From contig JAWAFD010000003.1 in assembly GCA_038890745.1 (NCBI GenBank), positions 1 to 64,000 on the forward strand: a stretch of DNA of 64,000 bases, written 5' to 3'. Below are positions 1-9,271 of the stretch, in pieces (the stretch's first letter is position 1; each line of letters begins with the position of its first letter). This stretch comes from Candidatus Anstonellales archaeon (GTDB lineage: Archaea; Micrarchaeota; Micrarchaeia; Anstonellales; J096). The position numbers and the translations under genes were made by a program. The notes below the pieces were generated by a model. That model was not told the origin of the DNA. It searched no databases and was given only the letters and a program-made list of their open reading frames with translations.

Positions 1-179
1 TCAATTTTTGCCTCAGGAAGATAAACTACAGGCCTAGAGTCTTTTTCTTCTGCTTTTAGTTTATCTTCTAAAGGAGTAATAGCTGCTGCTACTCCTGCTA
101 AAGTTGGAAAAATTAGCTTCTTCCCTAGATCCTTAGCTTCAGCCCATACTTTCCTCCATACCTTTCCTCTTTCACCCAT
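1..179 (-). CDS. Hypothetical protein, 5' part only (runs off the window start)
   Basis: ATG at 179-177, open frame MGERGKVWRKVWAEAKDLGKKLIFPTLAGVAAAI... to the window edge; TTTAAA box ~35 nt upstream; not in the ORF track. Confidence 0.55.
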   Translation of the reverse strand, partial: MGERGKVWRKVWAEAKDLGKKLIFPTLAGVAAAITPLEDKLKAEEKDSRPVVYLPEAKI

Positions 180-229
180 ACTAACTCACTAACTATAATA
201 GAAAGAAAGAGTTTAAAAAAGTATGCTGG

Positions 230-398
230 TGATGGTTTGGGCTTCGGTGCGACCCAACCCACCTAAACTTCTGGGTCGCTTGTTTCATCGCATGTTACGA
301 GCGTAGGTTTTCAGGAGAAAATTTCCCCCTTAAAAGCTCGGGGGAGAAAGGGGGAAGGGCTTTAAAAAAAGAGTTCTGGGGGGTGAGCGCCCTTCCCC
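230..398. repeat. Intergenic hairpin-module cluster containing an inverted copy of the 82-bp element at 57891-58054
   Basis: 239-279 is a 41/41 match to the reverse complement of the 82-bp element core; 10-bp perfect inverted repeat GGGGAAGGGC (351-360) / GCCCTTCCCC (389-398). Confidence 0.85.
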
Positions 399-409
399 AT
401 GCCTTGCCT

Positions 410-823
410 TTAAATAAAGTAGTATACCTTTTTTCCGGCCTGTTTTTTCTTCAGCAGACCAGCTTCGTAAAGCCTGTTCAGTCGTTGCGAAGCAGCGTTT
501 TTTCCCTTGTAGTTGAATTTTTTCTGCACATCCTCGGCGGTTACTTTTCCGCTTTCCTTCACAAAACCCATCAGCACCTCATCTATTTCAGATAGGATGA
601 TCTCTTTCTCTTCCTCCATTCCAAGCTTTCTCTCTATCGCCTCTAATCTTGCGATCAATGTTTTCAGCAGTCGGTTCGTATTCTCCCTTTCTTCTACTAG
701 CTTCGCCAATAGTGCACCGAGTAGCAGGGGCTCTTCCTTCAGCTTCTTCGCAACCCTTTTCGCTTCATTCTCAATTTCCTCCTCAAAGCGAGGAGGGAAA
801 GTTTTATAATCATTATCTTTCAT
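410..823 (-). CDS. Coiled-coil plus C-terminal winged-helix DNA-binding protein
   Basis: C-terminal VTAEDVQKKF...ASQRLNRLYEAGLLKKKQAGKKVYY is a wHTH pattern; start taken at MKDND (alternative ATG at 859). Confidence 0.7.
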   Translation of the reverse strand: MKDNDYKTFPPRFEEEIENEAKRVAKKLKEEPLLLGALLAKLVEERENTNRLLKTLIARLEAIERKLGMEEEKEIILSEIDEVLMGFVKESGKVTAEDVQKKFNYKGKNAASQRLNRLYEAGLLKKKQAGKKVYYFI

Positions 824-837
824 TACTCTCACGCATC

Positions 838-902
838 TGTCACGGAACGGCCGTGACATGATCAGATTATAGTCATGATTATATCATGATACATTTTATA
901 AA
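838..902. promoter_or_regulatory. Divergent promoter region with palindromic operator-like boxes
   Basis: TCATGAT-TAT-ATCATGA palindrome at 873-889, TGTCACGG/CCGTGACA inverted repeat at 838-858, TTTATAAA box at 895-902. Confidence 0.5.
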
Positions 903-919
903 CCTTTCGGTTGGGTCAC

Positions 920-1447
920 ATGAACGTAAAAGAAATTTTTGATGAGATGGCAGCCGCGTTCAGGCGGAAAAACTCCAGGCACATGCGAAAACTAAACGAT
1001 AGAATAATGATAGAAACAGCGATGGAGTTTTCTAAGGAGGCTTACGAGCTTGCGGTCATAAGCTATGTTCTTGGAAAGATCCTCTCAAAACCCAGGTTCT
1101 ATTCAGCAAAATACAAGCAGAACATGAACGCAATCCAGAATACTTTGGAGCTTGCGAGAAAAGCGAAAGACCCGTTAAAGTTGGTTCCAACATTGGAAAG
1201 AGAGGTTGGTAGACTGGAAAGCGAAGACCCGCGTTTTGTGATAGACCTTTTCACAAAAGGAAGGCTTAAAATGGCTGCGATATTCTACGCGCAGGGCTTT
1301 TCTTTGGGAAGGGCTTCTGAGATCACCGGCATTCCGAAGAGCGAGATCCTATCCTACGCAGGAAAGACGATGATGTTTGAGAAGATAAAAACAGAGATTA
1401 GCGTGGAAAAGAGGCTTCATTTCGCGCGGGAGGCTCTGGGTGGATAG
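920..1447 (+). CDS. Protein with C-terminal UPF0175-like HTH (antitoxin-like)
   Basis: FSLGRASEITGIPKSEIL resembles the UPF0175 HTH; directly upstream of a PIN gene. Confidence 0.55.
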   Translation: MNVKEIFDEMAAAFRRKNSRHMRKLNDRIMIETAMEFSKEAYELAVISYVLGKILSKPRFYSAKYKQNMNAIQNTLELARKAKDPLKLVPTLEREVGRLESEDPRFVIDLFTKGRLKMAAIFYAQGFSLGRASEITGIPKSEILSYAGKTMMFEKIKTEISVEKRLHFAREALGG

Positions 1448-1448
1448 A

Positions 1449-2132
1449 ATGGCAAGCGAAAAATACATTCTCTGCGATTCCTCTTCCCTCATCTCCCTTA
1501 CAGACACTTGTTTAGAAGGACTCCTAAAGTTCTTCACTAGGAATAATGTTTTTTTCATAATCCCGCCAAGTGTTGAGTACGAGATCATCACCCGACCTCT
1601 GAAAATGAGGATGAAGGCATACCAGTTTTCAGCGATGAAGTTGAAAAAACTAATGGATGAAGAGGTGCTGATGAAGGTTGAGGCAGAAACAGAAGCACCA
1701 GCAAAAGAAATCCTTGAACTTACAAACAGCATTTTCTTTGCAAGAGGAAAACCACTACACATGGTTGATATGGGCGAGGCTGAGATGATCGCTCTTGCAA
1801 ACAGCCTGAAAATAAATACTCTCCTCATGGATGAGAGAACAACAAGAATGCTCATAGAAGCGCCGTTTGAGATAAAGGACCATCTTGAGGAGGAGCTTAG
1901 GGTTAACATAATGGTGAACGGAAGCCATCTTAAAAAGTTCGCGGATGTTGTAAGCGGGATGAGGGTGATAAGAAGCTCTGAGCTTGTTGCTGTTGCGTAT
2001 GAGAAGGGATATTTTGACAATTTTGGAGAGGATAAAAAGAAGATGCTTGAGGCAGCGTTGTATAGAATAAAATTCTCCGGATGCAGTGTAAGGTTTGATG
2101 AGGTTGAGGAGTTTTTGAGGATAGAAAAATGA
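1449..2132 (+). CDS. PIN-domain nuclease (DUF3368-like)
   Basis: ILCDSSSLI, DMGEAEMIALA and LLMDER acidic PIN motifs. Confidence 0.7.
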   Translation: MASEKYILCDSSSLISLTDTCLEGLLKFFTRNNVFFIIPPSVEYEIITRPLKMRMKAYQFSAMKLKKLMDEEVLMKVEAETEAPAKEILELTNSIFFARGKPLHMVDMGEAEMIALANSLKINTLLMDERTTRMLIEAPFEIKDHLEEELRVNIMVNGSHLKKFADVVSGMRVIRSSELVAVAYEKGYFDNFGEDKKKMLEAALYRIKFSGCSVRFDEVEEFLRIEK

Positions 2133-2800
2133 GCGGGCAAACTTTTTTTGAACATCATCAAAACAGGGTAAAAATAATTGCTGATTACCGCGAGGATACA
2201 GATATACTGATGTACTTTAAGGAATGCGGTGCAGAGGTTGATGTCCGGCCCCTCCCCGCAGGTGATTTTTTAACATCCGCACAAACAGTGGTGGAAAGAA
2301 AAACGCGCAGCGATTTTGAAAACTCCATAATAGATGGAAGGATTTTCAAGCAATTGGAAAACATGAGACTGAATTACAAAAACGTTGTGGTTGTCGTTGA
2401 GGGCGCTAAAGGAGAGGAGAGGATAAGAAAAGAGGCGCTTCTTGGTGCGTATGCATCCATAATTGCAGATTACAACGCAACCCTGTTCTTCACCCAAAAC
2501 AAGTTCCGCACAGCAGAGTTGATTTTTGCAATCGCAAAACACGAACAGCTTGCAGAGAAAAGACCAATAAGGCTTTTTGCAAGAAGAAAACCACTTACCC
2601 TGAGCGAGCAGCAGCTTGCGCTTATCGAATCCATCCCAATGATCGGAAGAAAGAAGGCAGAAGCTCTGCTTGAACATTTTGGTTCGATAAAAAAACTTTC
2701 GAACGCATCTGTTAAACAGCTGAGCGAGGTTGAGGGAATAGGGGAAAAAAGAGCTAAAATAATTTTTGAGATTTTTTCAAAAAAATTTAAACAGATTTAA
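2129..2800 (+). CDS. xpf: Short XPF/ERCC4 nuclease with HhH2 domain
   Basis: IIADYRE, GDF, VERKTRSDF (ERKxxxD) and two HhH motifs (IPMIGRKKA, VEGIGEKRA). Confidence 0.9.
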   Translation: MSGQTFFEHHQNRVKIIADYREDTDILMYFKECGAEVDVRPLPAGDFLTSAQTVVERKTRSDFENSIIDGRIFKQLENMRLNYKNVVVVVEGAKGEERIRKEALLGAYASIIADYNATLFFTQNKFRTAELIFAIAKHEQLAEKRPIRLFARRKPLTLSEQQLALIESIPMIGRKKAEALLEHFGSIKKLSNASVKQLSEVEGIGEKRAKIIFEIFSKKFKQI

Positions 2801-3635
2801 GTTTAGCTAAGATATCATCTGCTTTCGCAATCCACATACTCCACTCAAGTTCAAAATATTTTGATGGTTTGTAGGAGTATACCCAATGCGCGATGGAGAC
2901 GCTCAACCTTGGCCAGGTCTCAAGAGGAAGATAAGCCGGAACAACACCAACATAGTTTTCGTTCAACTCTTTTGCCAATACGCCAGCAATCCAAAATATC
3001 ACATCCGGCCAGTGCCTATAATGTTTTCTTATACCTGATGGAATGTGCGGGTAGACATTGCTTTGTACAACATCCAATAGAACCACCCCATCCCTAACCT
3101 TCCAGTATGCAAACGCCATCCCAATATCATAAGACCTTATGTTTTCCGGCATCTTTCTAAGGTCCTCTCCACTCTCTGGAAGGATGTGGATGGACGGCAC
3201 GCCTAAGTACTCCGTTTCGTTTATAAAATATATGAATGCTCTTCTCCCGGGAATCTCAACCCTCCCATCCACCCGTGGAATATTCTTCCATTCGCAATAC
3301 CCATCCAGACTCGTTTCCTCAAACAAAATTTTTACTCTCTCCTTTGGGGTTCTTCCGTCTTCCAGTAATTCTTCCATCTCTCCCTCGCATAAGGAATGGA
3401 GCCTGTTTAGAATTTCCCTTTTCATCGGTAGACCAAACCTTCTTGCCCTCTCTCCGTAGAGTTCCATGAGCCATTTCGGTAGCCACACCCTTTCCAGCTC
3501 ATTCATGCTCCTTTCTTTTAACTCATCGCAGTGGTTCGGACCTGCTGTAGAAAAAGCCTGCTTTGGGTGAATGTCAGGATTTCCAGGTTTTATTCTCTCC
3601 AATCTTTCCAGCGCTCTTGCAAGCACGCAACCCAT
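2787..3635 (-). CDS. Hypothetical protein
   Basis: 282-aa ORF with upstream TTTAAA box; no family recognised. Confidence 0.7.
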   Translation of the reverse strand: MGCVLARALERLERIKPGNPDIHPKQAFSTAGPNHCDELKERSMNELERVWLPKWLMELYGERARRFGLPMKREILNRLHSLCEGEMEELLEDGRTPKERVKILFEETSLDGYCEWKNIPRVDGRVEIPGRRAFIYFINETEYLGVPSIHILPESGEDLRKMPENIRSYDIGMAFAYWKVRDGVVLLDVVQSNVYPHIPSGIRKHYRHWPDVIFWIAGVLAKELNENYVGVVPAYLPLETWPRLSVSIAHWVYSYKPSKYFELEWSMWIAKADDILAKLKSV

Positions 3636-3700
3636 GTGTTTATTTGTTCAACATTATGTTTTTAAACTAATCTTTTAAACCCTTCTTCTCCACTACACAC

Positions 3701-4591
3701 ATGCATTCAATCCCCCTCGGAGAAATACGCATTGGGCTTGATTGTAAAGATGGGGATATCTCATTCCTAAGCCATGCACATCTGGACCATGTTTCTCCAG
3801 TAAAAGGGGCGAAAAAAATAATCGCTAGCGAGGAAACAAGAATAATTTCTGGATTGAATGCAGAGTTTGTTTCTTCCTTGGATGGAATAAAACTTGTGAA
3901 CGCAGGCCATATGCCGGGTGCAAAGCAGCTCATTGTTGAAAACGGGAAAAAAATAGTTTATACTGGGGACATCCGTTTAAAGGATGGGATGCTTGAGAAA
4001 GGAGCGGAAATAGTGGAATGCGATGAACTCTACATAGAATCAACCTACGGAAGCCCAGAGTTTAAATTCCCAGACCCGTTTGATGTCTATGCAGAAATAC
4101 AAAAATGGCTCAGGGAAAATGAAAATTCAATAATTCTTTTTGGTGCGTACAAGTTGGGAAAATCACAGGAGATAATTAAAGTAATGAATGAGAGTGGGAT
4201 TTCTCCTGTTGTTGAGAAGGAGATTGCTGAAATAAACGAGAGGTACAAAAAAGCAGGCATAAACCTGGATTACGAGGTGATCGGAACGGATGAAGCCGAA
4301 GAAATCATGAGCTCCTGTTTCGTTGCGGTTGTTACCCCAAAAAAAGCAAAAAGATATTTTGCAAAAGAAATAGAAAAGGCGTTTGAAAAGAAAACGCTTT
4401 GCGCTATCGCAACAGGTTGGGCAGTGAAATACAGGTTCAGTGTGGATAGGGCATTTCCGCTGAGCGACCATGCGGATTTCTACGATATTGTTGAGTACAT
4501 CAGCCAATCAGGAGCGAAAAAAGTGAATTTTATGTACGGAGAGGGGGAAAAAATAATTGAAGAAATGAAAGGGTTTAAAAATATGTTGTAG
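3701..4591 (+). CDS. Metallo-beta-lactamase/beta-CASP-type nuclease
   Basis: SHAHLDH, AGHMPGA, YTGD, ESTYG and LSDHAD motifs. Confidence 0.85.
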   Translation: MHSIPLGEIRIGLDCKDGDISFLSHAHLDHVSPVKGAKKIIASEETRIISGLNAEFVSSLDGIKLVNAGHMPGAKQLIVENGKKIVYTGDIRLKDGMLEKGAEIVECDELYIESTYGSPEFKFPDPFDVYAEIQKWLRENENSIILFGAYKLGKSQEIIKVMNESGISPVVEKEIAEINERYKKAGINLDYEVIGTDEAEEIMSSCFVAVVTPKKAKRYFAKEIEKAFEKKTLCAIATGWAVKYRFSVDRAFPLSDHADFYDIVEYISQSGAKKVNFMYGEGEKIIEEMKGFKNML

Positions 4592-4598
4592 TAAAGAC

Positions 4599-5444
4599 AT
4601 GTTCATGAATGAATTTCAAGCAAGGAGACTCCGCTCGTTTGCGATGGGTTTGGTTAAAGCAAACAAAATTATAGAAGAGAAAAAACCAGACCTCCTTCTG
4701 GTTCCGATGCGCGGCTCCGTTCCCCTTATAGATGGGATAAACGTAGTTAACCCGAATTTTGACAATTCCATAGTTTATTATATTCCAGCATCCAGCTCGA
4801 TTTTAAATGTAGCAAAAATAATACCAAAAACCATTGCAAATATTCTGCATTCTCTTCTTGACTTCTACATCATAACCGGTTTGGAAAAAAAATTTTTGAT
4901 CATGTCAATAGATGAGGTTGTAAGCGGAAATTCTGCAATAAGGGTGATGAAGGGTGCGCGTCAAGGAATAAATATTTTTGCCCGCAATGCTGCAGAATCA
5001 TCCTTAGCTGATAAAAAAGATATTGAGCACGCTATACGATCTATCAAATCCAAAATAGAATATCTAACGATCGGTTTTGAGCATGGAGAGCATGTCGCAC
5101 TTGGAAAAAAACGCTCCAAGGAATATGAGGATGCAAAGAGGTCGGGGGTTGTGATTCCGGTTGAAGTCGAATTTATTATCACTATGGACAATCCAGTTTA
5201 TTGTCCGATTGTTTATGAAAGTATGCCAAACTCAAGCGGCTTAAACATCAAGCATCTTCCAGTTGTAAAGCCAGAATTTCTTATAACTCAAGAGTATATA
5301 AACCTTCTCGCAGCGATAGCCGCTGTTGTCGGAACAAATCCAGAGGATGTTTGTGTTAGAAACTTGGAGAGAATACTTCAGCACCAAGAGTTCATACCGA
5401 AAGAATTTAGGCAGGTAGCTGGAAATGCATTATCTCAGGTGTAA
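4599..5444 (+). CDS. Phosphoribosyltransferase-like hypothetical protein
   Basis: VPMRGS loop and IMSIDEVVSGNS resemble the type I PRTase PRPP-binding motif. Confidence 0.5.
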   Translation: MFMNEFQARRLRSFAMGLVKANKIIEEKKPDLLLVPMRGSVPLIDGINVVNPNFDNSIVYYIPASSSILNVAKIIPKTIANILHSLLDFYIITGLEKKFLIMSIDEVVSGNSAIRVMKGARQGINIFARNAAESSLADKKDIEHAIRSIKSKIEYLTIGFEHGEHVALGKKRSKEYEDAKRSGVVIPVEVEFIITMDNPVYCPIVYESMPNSSGLNIKHLPVVKPEFLITQEYINLLAAIAAVVGTNPEDVCVRNLERILQHQEFIPKEFRQVAGNALSQV

Positions 5445-5469
5445 AAATCAGAACTCATTCAAAGAAGTG

Positions 5470-6309
5470 TTAAACCTCTCTGATCGGTGGTTGTGTTAAT
5501 GCTCCAAAAATATTTGCCGGGACTTTTAGTTTTCTATGTTCTTCAATAGCTTTTTTTATTATTTCATGAATACTATCAGCTATTTCTCTATCCAACGAGC
5601 CCATCCTGTACATATCTATAAACATCCTTGCTGTTTTTTCATCCTTTATCATACCAACAAAATAAGCATTCAAAACAAAGATCAGCAAATCGAATCCATA
5701 TTTTCCTTCTGATGTTTTTTGCTTTTTCTCCTGCATCTTTTCCCAATCTATCAATGTTAAAAGCGGTCTTTCATTGCTGTTTGCGGATAGAATAATGTTT
5801 CCAAGCTTCGGGTCTCCGTGGAAGATGGTTGGAGGGTTATGCAATCTTGAAAACATCAGCGCAGATTCAACTATCAAATTTTCAACCTGTTCTTTTTCTG
5901 CATCTTCAAAATTGAAAAGGGATAACGGAATTCCTTCCACCATCGCGGTTACTATAAAGGATAAACCCCCGTCCATGTATCCGTACCCTATCGGCTCTGG
6001 CGCGCACAATGGTTTTGTTTTAAATACAATCAGCGTTTTTTTATACTCCTCAGCCACCGGCCTATTGAATTTGAATTTGAGCGCACCATAACTGAAATTT
6101 TTAATATCTGAATCTATAAGTTTAATTCTTTTTATATCCCTTCCCATCCCTGGCCTTACATAAACGTCAAGCTCATCTATAAGCTCGCTCTCTCTTTTGA
6201 AAGCATTCCTGATTTTTCTTGCATATCCCTTCTTATGACTGAATATAACTATCCTCCGGCCGTTATCGCAGAGATCAATTTTTACTAATCCATTCATGTT
6301 TTCTTTCAT
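5470..6309 (-). CDS. Protein kinase-like fold protein (Kdo/RIO/Bud32-like)
   Basis: APEPIGY, FHGDPKLGNII catalytic loop and LIDWE. Confidence 0.7.
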   Translation of the reverse strand: MKENMNGLVKIDLCDNGRRIVIFSHKKGYARKIRNAFKRESELIDELDVYVRPGMGRDIKRIKLIDSDIKNFSYGALKFKFNRPVAEEYKKTLIVFKTKPLCAPEPIGYGYMDGGLSFIVTAMVEGIPLSLFNFEDAEKEQVENLIVESALMFSRLHNPPTIFHGDPKLGNIILSANSNERPLLTLIDWEKMQEKKQKTSEGKYGFDLLIFVLNAYFVGMIKDEKTARMFIDMYRMGSLDREIADSIHEIIKKAIEEHRKLKVPANIFGALTQPPIREV

Positions 6310-6404
6310 TGTTATAGATTATTAATGAATATTGTTTTTAAACTTTTCATCCGCGGAACCCACCTCTCAAGAAGTTTTTAAACCCTTCCTCATAAATCAA
6401 TACC

Positions 6405-7925
6405 ATGCAGCTTGGAACCGTAATCGCTGATGAGAATACCCCAAATACTTATGAGTTTGCATTTGTTTTTGATAAGGGCGCGAAGGTAAAAAAGGGCCAG
6501 TATGTGCAGGCAGAGAGCGAGGATGGGCTGGTTTTCGGCTACATTGCGGATATCTATAGAGGAAATAGGTATTTTGAAAGGGCGGAGAGCGTTTCCGAGT
6601 ACGAGCGGGAGGCAAAAATCGCAGACCATTTTCCGGTAAAGGACTGGGAGTACATAATAGGTCAGGTTAAGATTCTTGGAAGTGCCGAGATAAACGGAAA
6701 CGAACTCAAACAAAAAAGAACCTCCATCCCACCGTTTCCTGGTGCGAAAGTGTATTCTGCAAATGAGGAATTCCTTAAGCAGTTTGTTGGCTTTGTGGAT
6801 AACGGACTTCTCCTTGGAAAACTCCAAAACCATGATGTTGAGGCTAGGGTTGACATGACACGGCTTCTTCAAAAGCATTTGGCAATCCTTGCCATGAGCG
6901 GTGCTGGAAAGAGCCATCTCGCAAGCGTTCTTATAGAAGAAATTCTCGATAGAAAAAAAGAGGATGGAAGGATAGCAGTTGTGGTTGTGGATATCCATGG
7001 GGAGTATTATGGGTTTAAGGAAGACCCAGCTTACAGGAGCAAAACAAAAGTAGTGAATGGAAGGGACATAAAGATTTCTTTCAGAAGATTAACCCCAAGA
7101 ATTGTAAAAGAGTTTTTTCCAGACCTTTCCTCTCCTCAGTACACGACCCTTTCAAATATTTTGAAAGAGATGAGGAGTGAGATGAAAAACGAGCATAAGG
7201 AATATTCACTAAAAGACCTTATAGCCCGGATTGAATCATCCAAATTGGCAACAGAAAATGTGAAGGTTCCTTTGCTCAGGGCATTGCGCGAGCTCGCAGG
7301 CTACCGGATAGTTTCAGGAGCAGAGAACCCAAAGTTTGCAAAGGACATAAAGCCGGGTGAGCTTCTCATTCTTGACCTGAGCGATCTGGATGATTACAAG
7401 AAGAAGCAGATTATTGTTTCTTATGTCGCAAAAAGGCTTTTCAAACTGAGGAAAGAGGAACGCATCCCTCCTTTATTGTTTCTAGTTGAGGAGGCGCACA
7501 ACTTTGCTCCCGAAAGAATAGACAAATATTCCGGAATCGCAAAGCATGATATCGAAAGGATTGCAAGGGAGGGAAGAAAGTTTGGTGTTGCACTCTGTCT
7601 TGTTTCCCAAAGGCCCGTCAACCTTTCCACAACAGCGCTCAGCCAATGCAACACGCACATAATTCTGCGCGTCACAAACCCAAACGACCTTCAGCACATA
7701 GAGGAAAGCAGCGAGGGGATAGACCAAAGAATGGTGCGTAACATCACAACCCTTCAAACAGGAGAGGGCATAATTGTTGGTTCTGCTGTAAACGCGCCAG
7801 TATTCATAGATATACGGGATAGGAAATCAAAGAAAAAGGAAAGGGGGAAGCCTTTGCACGAGCAGGCGCTTGATTTTGAGAACAACCAAAGACAGAAAGA
7901 GGAGGATGTTGAGGCTTTCTTGTAG
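6405..7925 (+). CDS. herA: HerA-family ATPase/helicase
   Basis: N-terminal HAS barrel, Walker A AMSGAGKS, EEAHNFAP, REGRKFG, SQRP. Confidence 0.9.
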   Translation: MQLGTVIADENTPNTYEFAFVFDKGAKVKKGQYVQAESEDGLVFGYIADIYRGNRYFERAESVSEYEREAKIADHFPVKDWEYIIGQVKILGSAEINGNELKQKRTSIPPFPGAKVYSANEEFLKQFVGFVDNGLLLGKLQNHDVEARVDMTRLLQKHLAILAMSGAGKSHLASVLIEEILDRKKEDGRIAVVVVDIHGEYYGFKEDPAYRSKTKVVNGRDIKISFRRLTPRIVKEFFPDLSSPQYTTLSNILKEMRSEMKNEHKEYSLKDLIARIESSKLATENVKVPLLRALRELAGYRIVSGAENPKFAKDIKPGELLILDLSDLDDYKKKQIIVSYVAKRLFKLRKEERIPPLLFLVEEAHNFAPERIDKYSGIAKHDIERIAREGRKFGVALCLVSQRPVNLSTTALSQCNTHIILRVTNPNDLQHIEESSEGIDQRMVRNITTLQTGEGIIVGSAVNAPVFIDIRDRKSKKKERGKPLHEQALDFENNQRQKEEDVEAFL

Positions 7926-9242
7926 GTGATGGATATGAAAAGAAGGAGGGTTATTATTGTTGGTGCAGCTGGAAGAGACTTTCACAACTTCAATACTTTC
8001 TTCAGGAATAACAAAAATTATGAGGTTGTCTGCTTTACAGCAACCCAGATTCCAGGGATAGAAGGAAGAAAATATCCTCCAAAGCTCGCCGGAAAACTCT
8101 ACCCAAAAGGAATCCCGATCTATCCAGAAACCGAGCTTGAAAAATTAATAAAAAAATACAATGTTGATGAGGTTGTTTTTGCATACTCTGATGTCAGCCA
8201 TGAGCATGTGATGCATCTCGCCTCCCGCGCGCTCTCTTCTGGTGCATCATTCATCCTCCAAGGACCAAGGGATAGTATGTTGAAAAGTAAAAAACCAGTG
8301 ATAGCTGTTTGCGCAGTGAGAACCGGCGCTGGAAAAAGCCCTCTCACAAGAAAAATAGCTTCAATCCTTCGCGAGAAAGGAAAAAAATTTGTAATCGTCC
8401 GCCACCCCATGCCTTACGGACAGCTGGAGAAGCAGGAGGTGGAGCGGTTTGAGAGTTTTGAGGATTTGAAAAAATACAACTGCACGATAGAAGAGATAGA
8501 AGAGTATGAGCATCACCTGAAAAATGGTGCTGTTGTGTACGCAGGGGTGGATTATGAGAAAATTTTGAGGATGGCTGAAAAAGAAGCAGAAATAATTTTG
8601 TGGGATGGTGGAAACAACGACATTCCATTCTACAAACCAGACCTTCTTTTTGTTGTTGCGGATTCTCTCAGGTCAGGACACGAAACCGCATTCCATCCGG
8701 GTGAAGCAAATTTCAGGATGGCAGATGTGATTGTTGTGAACAAATACTCCGAAAACAAGGAAGGCGGCGATAGAATTATAGAAAATGCAAAACGGATAAA
8801 TCCAAGTGCCAGAATAATACTTTCTGATATGGTGATCAGCATTGATGGTGATGTTGGAGGAAAAAAAGCGATCGTGATTGAGGACGGACCAACGATAACA
8901 CATGGTGGAATGGCTTACGGGGCCGGGTATATTGCTTCTAAGAATGCTGGTGCAAAAATAATCGACCCGAGAAAATTTGCGGTTGGAAGCATAAAGGAAA
9001 CTTTTGATAAGTATCCCCATATTAGAGAGGTTCTTCCAGCGATGGGGTATGGAGAGAAGCAGATGAAAGAGCTTGAGGAAACAATAAACAAGAGCGATGC
9101 GGAGATCGTAGTTATCGGAACACCCATAGATCTGAGCAGATATTTAAAAGTAAATAAAAAATGTGTGCGGGTTTTATATTCAATAAAAGAAATAGAGGGA
9201 AGCGTAGAAAAAGAGATTGAAAGATTTATAAAAACCCATTAA
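7926..9242 (+). CDS. Cyclic 2,3-diphosphoglycerate synthetase-like P-loop protein (COG2403)
   Basis: GAAGRDFHNFN, RTGAGKS, RHPMPYG, WDGGNND, EDGPT motifs. Confidence 0.8.
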   Translation: MMDMKRRRVIIVGAAGRDFHNFNTFFRNNKNYEVVCFTATQIPGIEGRKYPPKLAGKLYPKGIPIYPETELEKLIKKYNVDEVVFAYSDVSHEHVMHLASRALSSGASFILQGPRDSMLKSKKPVIAVCAVRTGAGKSPLTRKIASILREKGKKFVIVRHPMPYGQLEKQEVERFESFEDLKKYNCTIEEIEEYEHHLKNGAVVYAGVDYEKILRMAEKEAEIILWDGGNNDIPFYKPDLLFVVADSLRSGHETAFHPGEANFRMADVIVVNKYSENKEGGDRIIENAKRINPSARIILSDMVISIDGDVGGKKAIVIEDGPTITHGGMAYGAGYIASKNAGAKIIDPRKFAVGSIKETFDKYPHIREVLPAMGYGEKQMKELEETINKSDAEIVVIGTPIDLSRYLKVNKKCVRVLYSIKEIEGSVEKEIERFIKTH

Positions 9243-9271
9243 TTTTTAATTCCTTGCGCAAAATTCTTTTT

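Noticed and set aside
305..318. AGGTTTTCAGGAGA resembles the loop of the twin 16S introns
   Set aside because: Short, gapped and low complexity; the stems are unrelated
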